A stretch of DNA of 28,482 bases from a virus (taxonomy: Duplodnaviria > Caudoviricetes), in the IMG/VR virus record IMGVR_UViG_3300020161_003187, positions 1 to 28,482 of that record; one strand, given 5' to 3'. Below are positions 27,773 to 28,482 of this stretch, in pieces. Numbering within the stretch: the first letter of the stretch is position 1; each line of letters begins with the position of its first letter. A model generated the notes under the pieces. The model ran no database searches. It had not been told where the DNA came from and saw only the letters and a program-made list of their open reading frames with translations. The position numbers and the translations under genes were made by a program.

Positions 27773-28400
27773 CTTCTTCTGTTTCTCCGTTGAATGTATC
27801 CTTTATCATATCGGTGGAATAATTGTCAATATCTTGTTTGGTTAAAACATATTCATTTTTACCACTTTGTTCCATTTCAGATTGTTTTTGTGAGAAAAAT
27901 TGTTGTGGGTTTAGATTGAACGGATATGAATCAAGTGAACGCATCTCTAATTTTTCTTGAGGTGTTTTTTCTTTCATCATATCGACCTTGTTACCTAACT
28001 CCTCAATTTTATTCATTACCGCGTCCATTTGTGATAATTTTTGTTCCAAGTCGGTTAACTTATCAAATACGGTATCCATTTTACTTACCACACCACTATT
28101 GTCTGATTTAGTATCATCTAAATCTTTTTTAATTGATTTTGTCATGTTTACTAAATCTGTAATATCGATTTCTTCCGTGTCTTCAGACGGTGGAGCACCC
28201 GCCGCTGGCTCCATAGGTGTAGCACCCGCTACCGGGTCGGCTGGCGGAACATTTGGGTCCGCGGGTGGTACGTTAGGGTCAACAGGTGCGGCGTCGACTG
28301 GTGGTGGAACATCTCCCTGTTCCAATAAAGTAGTTGTGTATTTATTAATCGCGTTATATCTCGCGAGTTCTTCCATAAGTGTTTTTTCTAATTTTTTCAT
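27756..28400 (-). CDS. Hypothetical acidic protein with a Pro-rich linker and coiled coil (214 aa)
   Basis: DPNVPPA repeats followed by a heptad pattern (MDTVFDKLTDLEQKLSQMDAVMNKIEELGNKVDMM). Overlaps the next gene by 17 nt. Confidence 0.85.
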   Translation of the reverse strand: MKKLEKTLMEELARYNAINKYTTTLLEQGDVPPPVDAAPVDPNVPPADPNVPPADPVAGATPMEPAAGAPPSEDTEEIDITDLVNMTKSIKKDLDDTKSDNSGVVSKMDTVFDKLTDLEQKLSQMDAVMNKIEELGNKVDMMKEKTPQEKLEMRSLDSYPFNLNPQQFFSQKQSEMEQSGKNEYVLTKQDIDNYSTDMIKDTFNGETEEDEFKY

Positions 28401-28402
28401 AG

Positions 28403-28482
28403 TTAGTCTTGTAAAAGTTGTCTACCGTCTTCGGTTATAAATTTTTTATTTATTCTTTCAACTATACCATCTTTAGACCTGA
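28403..28482 (-). CDS. 3' end of a hypothetical gene truncated by the window edge
   Basis: Minus frame reads ...RSKDGIVERINKKFITEDGRQLLQD-stop, ending 2 nt before the ATG at 28400. Confidence 0.7.
   Translation of the reverse strand, partial: RSKDGIVERINKKFITEDGRQLLQD

Noticed and set aside
3462-28400. Stop-codon reassignment (no gene ends in TAG)
   Set aside because: All genes are full length under code 11, with TAA or TGA stops and no in-frame TAG. TAG avoidance alone is common in AT-rich genomes.
3495-28440. Short ORFs nested in or antisense to the large genes (e.g. 7366-7683, 11587-11919, 19456-19824, 24273-24833, 27988-28440)
   Set aside because: They overlap well-supported minus-strand genes, mostly have non-ATG starts, and show no recognisable motifs.

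Overview
A 28.5-kb, AT-rich, densely coding fragment of a large contractile-tailed (T4-like or jumbo) bacteriophage. All real genes are on the minus strand. In transcription order (right to left): a partial gene, a Pro-rich/coiled-coil protein and a Dps/ferritin-like protein. Next is a replication and nucleotide block: gp32-like SSB, RecA/UvsX, 5'-3' exonuclease, a hypothetical gene, DnaB/gp41-like helicase, nrdB and nrdA. A structured RNA and a UUCG terminator follow. Then comes a baseplate/virion block: gp25, gp6/J-like, five uncharacterised proteins and a gp7/gpI-like 1414-aa protein. The window ends in a giant Thr-Pro mucin-like ORF (>=1123 aa, running off the left edge) that the ORF track missed; the plus-strand poly-GV ORFs are its antisense shadow. 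A Bacteroidota host is suggested but not shown (no Shine-Dalgarno sites, SSB tail DDDLPF, eukaryote-like nrdB-nrdA). The most notable signals are (1) a strongly enriched [S/T]-G-x-[S/T] motif in five putative virion proteins, which with the mucin-like protein suggests a virion glycosylation or modification system, and (2) a compact kissing-loop RNA between nrdA and its terminator. All counts were made by eye and all functional calls come from motif recognition, not database searches.
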